In this document: positions 18,342 through 27,219 of the stretch, piece after piece
Layout: each line of letters opens with the position of its first letter
How positions within the stretch are numbered: the first letter of the stretch is position 1
Assembly: GCA_031403365.1 (NCBI GenBank)
Contig: JANNTE010000130.1
Coordinates: 1-40,172, forward strand
Direction of reading: 5' to 3'
Origin: Betaproteobacteria bacterium
GTDB lineage: Bacteria > Pseudomonadota > Gammaproteobacteria > Burkholderiales > JACQAP01
Length of the DNA stretch: 40,172 bases
Notes under the pieces: model-generated
What the model was told of the DNA's origin: nothing
Seen by the model: the letters and a program-made list of their open reading frames with translations, nothing else
The model's database searches: none
Translations under genes and position numbers: made by a program

Positions 18342-18370
18342 CGGCAGCCGGCGCATTGCCGGTCTGCCGC
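18341..18370. terminator. GC-rich hairpin between convergent genes (possible bidirectional terminator)
   Basis: GCGGCAGCCGGC-gcatt-GCCGGTCTGCCGC: a 12-bp stem with one bulge. It sits between the lipoprotein stop (18341) and the ilvD stop (18394). No clear U-tract follows. Confidence 0.35.
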
Positions 18371-18393
18371 CAGGTCTTGACTGCGCAGTCCGC

Positions 18394-20094
18394 TTACTTT
18401 TCTGGCCCGTCAAACAAGTTCAAGTCGGTCACCGCACCGATTGACGCGGTGGATACCAGATGTGCGTACTTGGCGAGCAGGCCGCGGGTGAATCGTGGCT
18501 TCGGTTGTTTCCACTGCGCACGCCGTTTCGCGAGTTCCTCGTCCGGCACATTGAGCTGGATCAGTTGCTTGTGCGCATCGATGGTGATCGAGTCGCCCTC
18601 CTTGACCAGCGCGATGTTCCCGCCGACGTAGGCTTCCGGCGCGACATGGCCGACCACCATGCCCCAGGTGGCGCCAGAGAAGCGGCCGTCGGTCAGCAGG
18701 CCGACCGAATCACCCAGACCTTGGCCGATCAGTGCCGAAGTCGGCGCTAACATTTCCTGCATGCCAGGTCCGCCTTTCGGCCCTTCGTAGCGAATCACCA
18801 CCACGTCACCGGCCTTGACCTTGCGATCCATGATCGCGGCCATGACTTCGGGTTCGGAATCAAACACGCGTGCCGGCCCGGTGATGACCGGGTTCTTCAG
18901 CCCGGTTATTTTGGCCACGCAGCCCTCGGTGGCGAGATTGCCCTTGAGAATCGCCAGATGACCCTGTTTGTACATCGGCTGATCGAAGGGGCGGATCACA
19001 TCCTGATCCTTGCGCGGCTGGGCCGGTACGTTTTCCAGTTCCTCGGCGATGGTGCGCCCGGTGATGGTCATGCAATCGCCGTGCAGCAAACCATTGGCGA
19101 GCAGAATTTTCAGCACCTGCGGCGCGCCACCAGCCTTGTGCAAATCAGCGGCGACATATTTGCCCGAGGGCTTCAAGTCGCACAACACCGGCACCTTGCG
19201 GCGCACGCGCTCAAAGTCATCAATTGTCCACTCCACTTCGGCGGCGGACGCAATGGCAAGGTAATGCAGCACCGCGTTGGTCGAACCGCCGGTGGCCATG
19301 ACCAGGCTCACCACGTTCTCGATGGATTTACGCGTGATGATGTCGCGCGGGCGGATGTTTTTCTTGATCGCGTTGACCAGCACCTTGGCCGACGCAGCGG
19401 CGGAATCGGCTTTCTCGCCGTCCGGCGAAGCCATGGTCGAGGAGTACATCAGGCTCATGCCCAGCGCCTCGAAAGACGTGGACTTGGTGTTGGCGGTGAA
19501 CATGCCGCCGCAAGCACCCACGCTTGGGCAGGCGTTTTTTTCGATGCCGTCGTAGTCTTCCTTGCTCATTTTTCCGGCACTGAAGGCTCCGACCGCCTCG
19601 AAGGCGCTGGCGATAGTGAGATCCTGCCCCTTCCACTTGCCTGGCCTGATGCTGCCGGCGTAGACATAAATCGCCGGTACGTTCATGCGCGCGATCGCCA
19701 TCATGCCCGCCGGCATGTTCTTGTCGCAACCGCCTACCACCAGCGCGCCGTCCATCATCTGGCCGTTGACTGAGGTTTCGATGGCATCCGCGATGACTTC
19801 GCGCGAAACCAGAGAGTACTTCATGCCATCGGTGCCCATGCCGATGCCGTCGGTAACCGTCGGCGTGCCGAACACCTGCGGCATTGCGCCCGCAGCGCGC
19901 AACGCGTCCATGGCCCTGTCCACGAGGGGTTGAATGCCGGCATTGCAGGGGTTCATGTTGGAGTGCCCGTTGGCAACACCAACGATCGGCTTGTCGAAGT
20001 CGGTGTCCTTGAAATCGACCGCGCGCAACATTGCGCGGTTGGGCGAACGGGCGATGCCCGCGGTGATCAGTTTGCTGCGCCAGTTGTCTGCCAT
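18394..20094 (-). CDS. ilvD: dihydroxy-acid dehydratase
   Basis: [26 protein letters not shown]..., CDKNMPG-like [39 protein letters not shown] upstream of ATG 20094. The rest of the 897-aa track ORF is antisense to lysR. Confidence 0.93.
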   Translation of the reverse strand: MADNWRSKLITAGIARSPNRAMLRAVDFKDTDFDKPIVGVANGHSNMNPCNAGIQPLVDRAMDALRAAGAMPQVFGTPTVTDGIGMGTDGMKYSLVSREVIADAIETSVNGQMMDGALVVGGCDKNMPAGMMAIARMNVPAIYVYAGSIRPGKWKGQDLTIASAFEAVGAFSAGKMSKEDYDGIEKNACPSVGACGGMFTANTKSTSFEALGMSLMYSSTMASPDGEKADSAAASAKVLVNAIKKNIRPRDIITRKSIENVVSLVMATGGSTNAVLHYLAIASAAEVEWTIDDFERVRRKVPVLCDLKPSGKYVAADLHKAGGAPQVLKILLANGLLHGDCMTITGRTIAEELENVPAQPRKDQDVIRPFDQPMYKQGHLAILKGNLATEGCVAKITGLKNPVITGPARVFDSEPEVMAAIMDRKVKAGDVVVIRYEGPKGGPGMQEMLAPTSALIGQGLGDSVGLLTDGRFSGATWGMVVGHVAPEAYVGGNIALVKEGDSITIDAHKQLIQLNVPDEELAKRRAQWKQPKPRFTRGLLAKYAHLVSTASIGAVTDLNLFDGPEK

Positions 20095-20277
20095 GAATTC
20101 TCCTCGTTTGGGTGTATGTGCTGAATTACCTGGACCTGCGCCGATACTGCTTCGGGCATTAACCTGCATTGTAGGCCCGGCGATTCGCAAGCCGTGCCGG
20201 AAAAGCGGAGTCTGGCCGCGACGCTGCGTCATGTCTAATATATTATGAACGGGTCTTTGATACTTTTTTCGAATCGA

Positions 20278-21198
20278 ATGGAACTGCGTCACCTGCGTTA
20301 TTTCGTTGCCGTTGCCGAGGAACTGCATTTCGGTCGCGCCGCGCAGATCCTGCGAATCTCGCAGCCGCCGCTGTCCATGCAGATACGTGCACTGGAGGGC
20401 GAACTTGGCGTGCGGCTGTTCAAGCGCACGCAGCGCCAGGTTTCGCTCACCCAGGCCGGCAGCGCACTCTTTGGCGAGGCGCGGCACATATTGGCAAAGG
20501 TCGAACAGGCGGTGCTGACGACGAAGCAGGCCAGTCGCGGCGAGATTGGCGAACTCGTGATCGGCTTCATCAGTGTGGCCGATTACAACGTGCTTCCGGT
20601 CGTGCTGCGCGAGTTTCGCCGCCGTTTTCCGATGGTCAGGTTGACTTTGCGGGAATCCACCACCGACGCGCAAATCAGCGACCTGACGGCCGGGCGCATA
20701 GACGTGGGTTTCGTACTGCCGCCAATCAGCGAATCCTCGCTTGAGTCGATTCCCATTTTGCGCGAGCCCTTGATCGTGGCATTGCCGGAGCAACATCCAC
20801 TGGCGCGCAGGCGCGGCAAGATCGCTCTGGAAAAACTCAAGGACGCGCCGTTTATCCTGTTTCCGCGGGCCAACGCGCCCGGCCTTTACGATGACATTGT
20901 CAGTTGTTGCAAGGCCGCCGGTTTCAGTCCGCGCGTGGAACAGGAAGCGATTCAAATGCAGACGATAGTGAGCCTGGTCTCGGCCGAACTTGGGTTCGCG
21001 CTGATTCCGGCATCGCTGATCAATCTGCAACGAACCGGCGTGATCTACAAATCTCTCGCAGGTGGCAGCCCGCTCACCGAAATACACCTCGTCCGGCGAC
21101 GTGGCGAGGATTTGCCGGCCGTGCAGGGGTTCGTGGATGTCGCCCTGCAGACGGTGAAGGACCCGAGTCGCTCCCGGAGAGAGGGGTCAACCGGATGA
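20278..21198 (+). CDS. LysR-family transcriptional regulator, divergent from ilvD
   Basis: [48 protein letters not shown] helix-turn-helix, followed by a LysR substrate-binding domain. Confidence 0.92.
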   Translation: MELRHLRYFVAVAEELHFGRAAQILRISQPPLSMQIRALEGELGVRLFKRTQRQVSLTQAGSALFGEARHILAKVEQAVLTTKQASRGEIGELVIGFISVADYNVLPVVLREFRRRFPMVRLTLRESTTDAQISDLTAGRIDVGFVLPPISESSLESIPILREPLIVALPEQHPLARRRGKIALEKLKDAPFILFPRANAPGLYDDIVSCCKAAGFSPRVEQEAIQMQTIVSLVSAELGFALIPASLINLQRTGVIYKSLAGGSPLTEIHLVRRRGEDLPAVQGFVDVALQTVKDPSRSRREGSTG

Positions 21199-21671
21199 AT
21201 TCGCCCACCGTTGATGAACCATCACTATTCCTGGCAAACGAAGAAGCCACGCTCGCGTACGGCAGACGGCTGGCGCAGATTGTTGAACCCGGTTTGTACA
21301 TCGCCCTTTGCGGAAACCTTGGCAGCGGCAAAACTACCTTAACTCGAGGCATGCTTCGGGGCTTGGGTTATCCGGGAAAAGTCAAAAGCCCAACTTATAC
21401 ACTGGTTGAACTTTATAAACTTTCTAGGTTAAACTTATATCACTTTGATTTTTATAGATTCAATGATCCCCAAGAATGGGTGGATGCAGGCTTTCGGGAG
21501 CACTTTGATTCCGATAACGTTTGTTTGGTGGAATGGCCGGAGCGAGTAGGAAATCTGCTGCCGGCGCCGGACCTGAAAATCAGCCTGCGTCAGGACGGTG
21601 ATGGGCGACGCATAGGTATCGTCGCAGGAACGGAGCATGGAAAAAGTTGTTTAAAGCGCTTGCCAGATTGA
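21195..21671 (+). CDS. tsaE: tRNA threonylcarbamoyladenosine (t6A) biosynthesis ATPase TsaE
   Basis: P-loop GNLGSGKTTLTRG, SPTYTLVELY, HFDFYRF, LVEWPE. The ATG at 21195 overlaps the lysR stop as ATGA. Confidence 0.9.
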   Translation: MNSPTVDEPSLFLANEEATLAYGRRLAQIVEPGLYIALCGNLGSGKTTLTRGMLRGLGYPGKVKSPTYTLVELYKLSRLNLYHFDFYRFNDPQEWVDAGFREHFDSDNVCLVEWPERVGNLLPAPDLKISLRQDGDGRRIGIVAGTEHGKSCLKRLPD

Positions 21672-22978
21672 TGTTTCGATCCTTCCCCCCAATGCCTGGC
21701 CGGAGAGGGAAAAGTCTGCACGGCATCGTTTTGGCGACCAGTTTGTCAATTCTCTGTCCAGGCGCCGGATTGGCGGCAAACGAAATCAGCGCAGTGCGCA
21801 TCTGGCCGGCGCCGGAATACACCCGCTTCACGCTGGAATCCGCAACGCCGATTACTCACAATGCGTTCACGATCGAGGCACCGCCACGACTCGTGGTCGA
21901 TCTTGAGAACGTCGAGTTCAATGCGACGCTCGAGCAGCTTCCTGCCATGATTTCGCCGTCCGATCCCTACGTCAGTGGAGTTCGCATCGGTCGCTTCAAA
22001 CCCGGTGTCGTGCGCCTCGTGCTGGACCTGAAAACCCAAGTGAACCCGCAAGCTTTCACGCTCAAGCCAGTTGGCGAATACGGTCACCGGCTGGTTCTTG
22101 ACCTCTATCCGTCCGTGCCGCTGGACCCCTTGCTCGCACTGCTGGAAAAATCCGATCCACAGCTCTCGGCTACGCAAAGTGCGGATAAGCCGGTTGCTGC
22201 CTTGCCCGGCACGACAGCGCCGAAGGCCCCAGATCAGCCGGCGCAGCGCGCGTCCGATGTCGCGCGACTGATCACCATTGCGATCGACGCCGGCCACGGT
22301 GGCGAGGACCCGGGTGCAAAGGGCCGGGGGGGCACATATGAAAAACACGTCACGCTCGCCATCGCCAGACGCCTGAAGACCCTGATTGACGCCGAGCCGA
22401 ACATGCGCGGCGTACTGATACGCGATGGCGACTACTTCGTGAAGCTGGAAGACCGTGTCAAAAAAGCCGGCAAGATCAACGCCGATTTGTTCGTATCGGT
22501 TCACGCAGACGCATTCATAAAGTCGCATGCCCGTGGTTCTTCGGTATTCGCGTTATCCGAGCGGGGCGCGACATCGGCCGCGGCCAGCATCCTGGCGGAA
22601 AAGGAAAACCAGGCCGATATGATTGGCGGGGTCAATCTGGAAATCTACGAACCCATTCTCCAGCAAGTACTGGTCGATTTGTCGCAGACCGCCACCATCA
22701 ACGACAGCCTCAAGCTCGCTAAAGCCGTGCTTGGAGAAATCGGCGGCGTCAACGATTTGCACAAACCACATGTCGAGCAGGCCGGATTCGCGGTGCTCAA
22801 GGCGCCCGATATTCCGTCCATCCTGGTCGAAACGGCCTTCCTCACCAATCCCGCGGAAGAAAAGAAACTGAAGGACGTCAAGTATCAGGACAAAATGGCG
22901 CGCGCAATCCTGGATGGAATCAAGAAATATTTTTCCGCGAATCCGCCGCTGGCTCGCTCCAAGCTGGCTCAGAACTGA
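21671..22978 (+). CDS. amiC: N-acetylmuramoyl-L-alanine amidase with AMIN domain (AmiC/AmiB type)
   Basis: Twin-arginine leader MPGRRGKSL. AMIN domain AVRIWPAPEYTRFTLES. Amidase_3 motifs IAIDAGHGGEDPGA, SVHADA, LVETAFLTNP. The ATG at 21671 shares one nt with the tsaE TGA. Confidence 0.9.
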   Translation: MFRSFPPMPGRRGKSLHGIVLATSLSILCPGAGLAANEISAVRIWPAPEYTRFTLESATPITHNAFTIEAPPRLVVDLENVEFNATLEQLPAMISPSDPYVSGVRIGRFKPGVVRLVLDLKTQVNPQAFTLKPVGEYGHRLVLDLYPSVPLDPLLALLEKSDPQLSATQSADKPVAALPGTTAPKAPDQPAQRASDVARLITIAIDAGHGGEDPGAKGRGGTYEKHVTLAIARRLKTLIDAEPNMRGVLIRDGDYFVKLEDRVKKAGKINADLFVSVHADAFIKSHARGSSVFALSERGATSAAASILAEKENQADMIGGVNLEIYEPILQQVLVDLSQTATINDSLKLAKAVLGEIGGVNDLHKPHVEQAGFAVLKAPDIPSILVETAFLTNPAEEKKLKDVKYQDKMARAILDGIKKYFSANPPLARSKLAQN

Positions 22979-23115
22979 TGCAATGCTTTCGGCTTACAGT
23001 CCCATGCGCTTGCGGATTCGACGGCCCCGTTCCCGCTACCGTACGTTTCGCTGGCATTTCACGGTGCCATCCGCCGCGGGCCCGTTCCGGGCTGGCGCAG
23101 TTCCAGTCACAGTAA

Positions 23116-23697
23116 TTGAACATCGCCGCAATCCTGCTTGCCGCGGGTAGCGGCAGCCGCTTCGGTGGCGGAAAATTATTGCACCCGCTGCCGGACGGAA
23201 CACCGATCGGTGTGGCGTCCCTGCGTAACTTGCGCAAAAGTCTGCCGCAGGTTCTGGCCGTGGTACGCGATGGCGACGATGCGATGCGCAAACTGCTGGA
23301 GGCGGAAGGCGTTGCAGTGCACATTTGCCCGGACGCGCATCTTGGCATGTCCCGTAGTTTGATCTGCGGCATCAAAGCGAGTTGTCATGCGGATGGCTGG
23401 ATCATCGGCTTGGGCGATATGCCTTTCGTCCTGCCTCGGACTATCAGCGCCATCGCCATGCAGATTTCCCAAACCGGACGAATCGCGGTTCCGTCATACG
23501 GGGGACAGCGCGGTCACCCGGTCGGGTTCGGCCAGCGCTATCGGGAGGAATTGCTGAATCTGAATGGCGATGAGGGCGCGCGCTCGGTTATCGGGCGTCA
23601 TTCGCGCGATGTCGGAATTGTCGATTGCGACGATCCCGGCATCTTGCACGATATCGATACGGCGGCCGATCTGGAACAGCCCACCGGCCAGGGCTAG
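23116..23697 (+). CDS. MobA/MocA-like nucleotidyltransferase (NTP_transf_3)
   Basis: A TTG start gives MNIAAILLAAGSGSRFGGGKLL, and there is a GLGDMPF motif. Its stop overlaps the convergent giant gene's stop in a CTAG tetranucleotide. Confidence 0.75.
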   Translation: MNIAAILLAAGSGSRFGGGKLLHPLPDGTPIGVASLRNLRKSLPQVLAVVRDGDDAMRKLLEAEGVAVHICPDAHLGMSRSLICGIKASCHADGWIIGLGDMPFVLPRTISAIAMQISQTGRIAVPSYGGQRGHPVGFGQRYREELLNLNGDEGARSVIGRHSRDVGIVDCDDPGILHDIDTAADLEQPTGQG

Positions 23698-26600
23698 TTC
23701 GGCTGCAGGACTATGGCCTTGAGTTCACCATTAATATTGAAACTTCCCCGCTTCTGCGCGGCTTGCGAGCTCAAGTCGACCAACACACGCCCGTTTATAT
23801 CCTTGCCGGAGGATACTTCAAACCCGCCGGTAGCCGACAGCAATCCGGAAGACAGCCTTAAATTGCGGTACTCATAGAGTCCGCCCTTCAAGCTCATTGT
23901 CCCGCTAATTTCATCAAAGCGTGTCGCGCCGCCCTGGGTAACACCCCGCCCGCCCGATTGCAAAGCACGCACCAGATCCACTCCATCCAGATCTCCTTTC
24001 TTGATGCCGAACCTTGCGTCAATTTGCGCGGCATCAAAAAGCGTTGCCAGCGCCGGCGAGGACAGGGCATATCGCATCCCGGTTTCGAGGCGCCCGGTCG
24101 ACTTGGCTTCACTGGTGAACACCGCCATCAACTCTTCCAGGTTTATGCGCTCGGCGGTGAGTTCTCCGGATACCGACCATGGCCCGCCCCAGTTGACAAT
24201 CGCGCTGCCTTTTGCGGCGCCGTCATAGAGCAACGCCTGGAAGCTTTCGACTTTGATCTGATTGCCGCTCGCCACCGCTTTCAAAGTCAGATCGGTAAAT
24301 TCCATCTTCGGTCCTATCGGCGGCACCCATCCCTTGGAAGCGGTAACAGAGATATCGAACTGGGAGCCATTGGGAACGATTTCCACACTGAGTTTTCCGT
24401 CATTCGAGGAAAGCAACGCTTGCTGTATTGTGCTTTCGGGCGCAAACCGTAAGTCCACCGAAAAGGACGGCACCAGCGCGATTTGAGATTCAAGGATGAC
24501 CGATTTGATCAATACGCGATCGATCTGCAGGCTTGTGTCGCCGGCCGCTGTGTTCTGCCATTTCTGAAGACGAGGAAGTACCTGTTCAGCAACTTTCGCT
24601 GACTCAACTTCCAGCTTGCGGATCATCTTCACGTCCGAGAACACCGAGCCGAACTCGGGTGTCAGCGTAACCTTGTCGATTTTCACGTCCTGGGTCGCAC
24701 CGACATTGACGTTTTCAAGATTGATGGCAAATCCACTGAGTATCGAAACATGCATCGAGCCAATGGTTATCGGCTCGCCAATGTGTTCGGTTGCCATCTT
24801 TTCGATCGCTGGAATGTAGGTACTCATCGGCACCAGTCGCACACCGCCGATGACAATGGCAGCAAGAACCGCTACCCCGATGACAATGGGCTTCAGACGA
24901 TCCAGCGGCGACTTGATGCCCTTCTGTTTCTTGAGCGCATCGATCTCTGCGCGCTTGCGGTCGCGCTCTTCCTGCTCCTTGCGGCGCTTTGCGAGTTCTT
25001 CTTCGCGTGAGCGTCGCTCATTTTCGACCTTCATGAGCTCCTGGCGCTGACGCTCATGCTCGCGCTGCACTTTGGTTTCTTCCTGTTCGCGGATGCGCGC
25101 GTCCTTTTCCTCCTGCCGCTTGCGCTCTCTGTCTTCACGAGCCTGGCGTTCTCGCTCCATGCGCTCGCGCCGCTCCTGATCCTCGATTTCGCGCCGCTCC
25201 GCCTCCATCCGGGCCTGTTCTTCGCGCTCCGCGCGCTCCATGGCCATGCGGGCTTGCTCTTGCTGCTGCTGGTGACGTTCCTCCTCCTGCTCGCGTCTTC
25301 GCAAATCTTCCTGCTGCTTCTCGAATTCCGCCGCAATCTGAGTATCCGTCGCACGCGAGCCGGATCGATCAAACGGCGCGGGCCCCTTTGTGCCGGGCAA
25401 CCCGGAGAAGTCAAATCGGCCAAGGTCGACCTTGGCTGACTCTTTTTCTTCCGCGCGCTTGCGTGCTTCTTTTTCTTCGGCGCGCTTGCGTGCTTCATGC
25501 TCTTCGGCGCGCGCGTTTGCTTCATTCTCCCGGCGCAGCCGGTCTTCATTCTCTCGACGTTGGGCTTCGACTTCTTCACGTCGACGTCGCTCTTCTTCGT
25601 CACGGCTGCGCGACTCTTCCTCCTCGCGCCGACGATCGGCATCTTCCCGTTGCCGTATCGATTCGTCTTCGCGGCGGCGGTCTTCCGCCAGAATGCGTTC
25701 TTCCTCGGCACGGCGACGTTCTTCGTCTTCCCGGGCAACGTCATCGCCTCCGCGCATTTCCTCGTCTTCGCGGCGCCTGCGCTCGTCTTCTTCGTTGCGA
25801 CGACGATCCTCTTCTTCACGCCGCAGCCGGCGGGCCACTTCCGCCTCGAGCCGAAGACGCTCCTCTTCCTCCTTGCGTTTGCGTTCAGCCTCTTCGGCTT
25901 CACGGCGCTTGCGTTCCTCCTCCTCACGAAGCTTGCGCAATTCTTCCTCGCGCCGCTGGCGCTCTTCAGCTTCGCGCTTGCGACGTTCTTCGTCTTCCTT
26001 GCGACGGCGCTCTTCTTCCTCCTTGAGTTTGCGCTCAACCTCTTCGCGCAGCTTGCGCTCTTCGTCTTCCTTGCGTTTGCGTTCCTCTTCCGCTTTGCGC
26101 TGGCGTTCGGCTTCCTCGCGCTTGCGGCGCTCCTCTTCTTCACGGCGCCTGCGCTCTTCCTCTTCCTTGCGCTTGCGTTCCTCTTCCGCTTTGCGCTGGC
26201 GTTCGGCTTCCTCGCGCTTGCGGCGCTCCTCTTCTTCATGGCGCTTGCGCTCTGCTTCCTCGCGGGCCAGACGCTCCGCCTCGACCGCACTTTTCGCCGA
26301 TTGCTCGTCGAGTTTCTTGCGTTCAAGTTCCAGTATCTTCGTCAGGTCGCGCTGCGTCGCCGAGAAGTCGGCTGCTTCCGCCTTGCTCTTGCGCTCGCCT
26401 TCTGCGCGCAACTTCATTGCGGCAGCCTCTTTGATCTTGCGCTCCGCCTCGACCTTGGCCATTCGCTCACCTTCTTCGCGCGCCCGCCGTGCAGCCTGCT
26501 GCTTCTTCAGGTCCTCTTCTTCCTGACGCTTGCGCTTGGCTTCCTTTTCCGCCTTGTCGCGGTCGGCGGTTTCACGCTGTCGCCATTCGCTCTGAGCGTT

Positions 26601-26918
26601 CTGATAAACACTCTTTCCCGGAGCCAGCGACGAGGTAAAATCAAGGTCGTCCACGTAGCCGCCGCCGGCCTGTCCGCCACCCGATTGGGCGGAGGAGGTA
26701 TTGCTGAATTCCTTGATGTAGCCGCCGGCGGTCAAATCAGCCAGGGCCTTGTTCATTTCAACCTGGTCAAGTTTTGACCTGGTCAGCAAGTCTTCAACTA
26801 CGGACTTGCCATCGATCAGAGTCAGCAGCTTGAACAGTTCTTTGGGAAGTTTGCCGGCTCTGCTCTTGATTTCAAGAACACCTTTTCCGGTCTTGGAGTA
26901 AATCGTGCTTTTGTCCAT
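23694..26918 (-). CDS. 1074-aa membrane protein: small N-terminal domain, ~570-aa E/R/K-rich charged region, one TM helix, AsmA-like C-terminal domain
   Basis: Single uninterrupted ORF. N-terminus MDKSTIYSKTGKGVLEIKS...GGYIKEF. Charged tract such as EERRKREEAERQRKAEEERKRKEEEERRRREE. TM helix LKPIVIGVAVLAAIVIGGVRLVP. AsmA-like start (IEKMATEHIGEPITIGSMHVSILSGFAINLENVNVG) and end (FDEISGTMSLKGGLYEYRNLRLSSGLLSATGGFEV). Confidence 0.8.
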   Translation of the reverse strand: MDKSTIYSKTGKGVLEIKSRAGKLPKELFKLLTLIDGKSVVEDLLTRSKLDQVEMNKALADLTAGGYIKEFSNTSSAQSGGGQAGGGYVDDLDFTSSLAPGKSVYQNAQSEWRQRETADRDKAEKEAKRKRQEEEDLKKQQAARRAREEGERMAKVEAERKIKEAAAMKLRAEGERKSKAEAADFSATQRDLTKILELERKKLDEQSAKSAVEAERLAREEAERKRHEEEERRKREEAERQRKAEEERKRKEEEERRRREEEERRKREEAERQRKAEEERKRKEDEERKLREEVERKLKEEEERRRKEDEERRKREAEERQRREEELRKLREEEERKRREAEEAERKRKEEEERLRLEAEVARRLRREEEDRRRNEEDERRRREDEEMRGGDDVAREDEERRRAEEERILAEDRRREDESIRQREDADRRREEEESRSRDEEERRRREEVEAQRRENEDRLRRENEANARAEEHEARKRAEEKEARKRAEEKESAKVDLGRFDFSGLPGTKGPAPFDRSGSRATDTQIAAEFEKQQEDLRRREQEEERHQQQQEQARMAMERAEREEQARMEAERREIEDQERRERMERERQAREDRERKRQEEKDARIREQEETKVQREHERQRQELMKVENERRSREEELAKRRKEQEERDRKRAEIDALKKQKGIKSPLDRLKPIVIGVAVLAAIVIGGVRLVPMSTYIPAIEKMATEHIGEPITIGSMHVSILSGFAINLENVNVGATQDVKIDKVTLTPEFGSVFSDVKMIRKLEVESAKVAEQVLPRLQKWQNTAAGDTSLQIDRVLIKSVILESQIALVPSFSVDLRFAPESTIQQALLSSNDGKLSVEIVPNGSQFDISVTASKGWVPPIGPKMEFTDLTLKAVASGNQIKVESFQALLYDGAAKGSAIVNWGGPWSVSGELTAERINLEELMAVFTSEAKSTGRLETGMRYALSSPALATLFDAAQIDARFGIKKGDLDGVDLVRALQSGGRGVTQGGATRFDEISGTMSLKGGLYEYRNLRLSSGLLSATGGFEVSSGKDINGRVLVDLSSQAAQKRGSFNINGELKAIVLQPN
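25442..25495. repeat. 27-bp tandem duplication inside the giant gene (encodes EARKRAEEK twice)
   Basis: CTTTTTCTTCCGCGCGCTTGCGTGCTT followed by CTTTTTCTTCGGCGCGCTTGCGTGCTT, one mismatch. Confidence 0.85.
26065..26245. repeat. 96-bp-period tandem duplication inside the giant gene (32-aa unit EERRKREEAERQRKAEEERKRKE...)
   Basis: 26065-26149 and 26161-26245 are identical except for two positions (T/C at 26076/26172, C/T at 26142/26238). Confidence 0.85.
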
Positions 26919-27219
26919 CGTGCTCTTTCTCAGCTCCGCGATCGCAGAAATCGGCTACGGAATAGCCGGCCGGCGCCACTCTTCACGCTCTGTTGCGTGA
27001 AATCGGGAATCAAACCTGGCCCCATTCTCTGCGTAACTTCATGTATTGCCAATTATTAGGCCTTGAGGCGCGCTCGTCCAGACTTTACTGGGATTAAATG
27101 GTCATTGGTAGCTTTGCCCATGCGGCAGTCCGATTGTTTCCCCCTCCATGCCGAGCGAGTTCGAGCCGGGAAATTGCCCCATCCGGCTATAATCGGTCCG
27201 TTTTCCGAAGCTGCATCCA

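Noticed and set aside
20095-21087. Upstream two-fifths of the 897-aa minus-strand ORF (18394-21087)
   Set aside because: The IlvD homology begins at MADNWRSK (ATG 20094), which has a strong GAGGAG SD. The upstream part is antisense to an unambiguous LysR gene and has no recognisable motifs.
25031-26777. Alternative-frame ORFs inside the charged tract (431 aa minus; 378 aa and 426 aa plus), giving Ser/Arg-rich or Phe/Leu/Ala-rich products
   Set aside because: They arise from the purine-rich periodic repeat sequence, which lacks stop codons in several frames. Only the 1074-aa frame connects to a real N-terminus, a TM helix and an AsmA-like domain.
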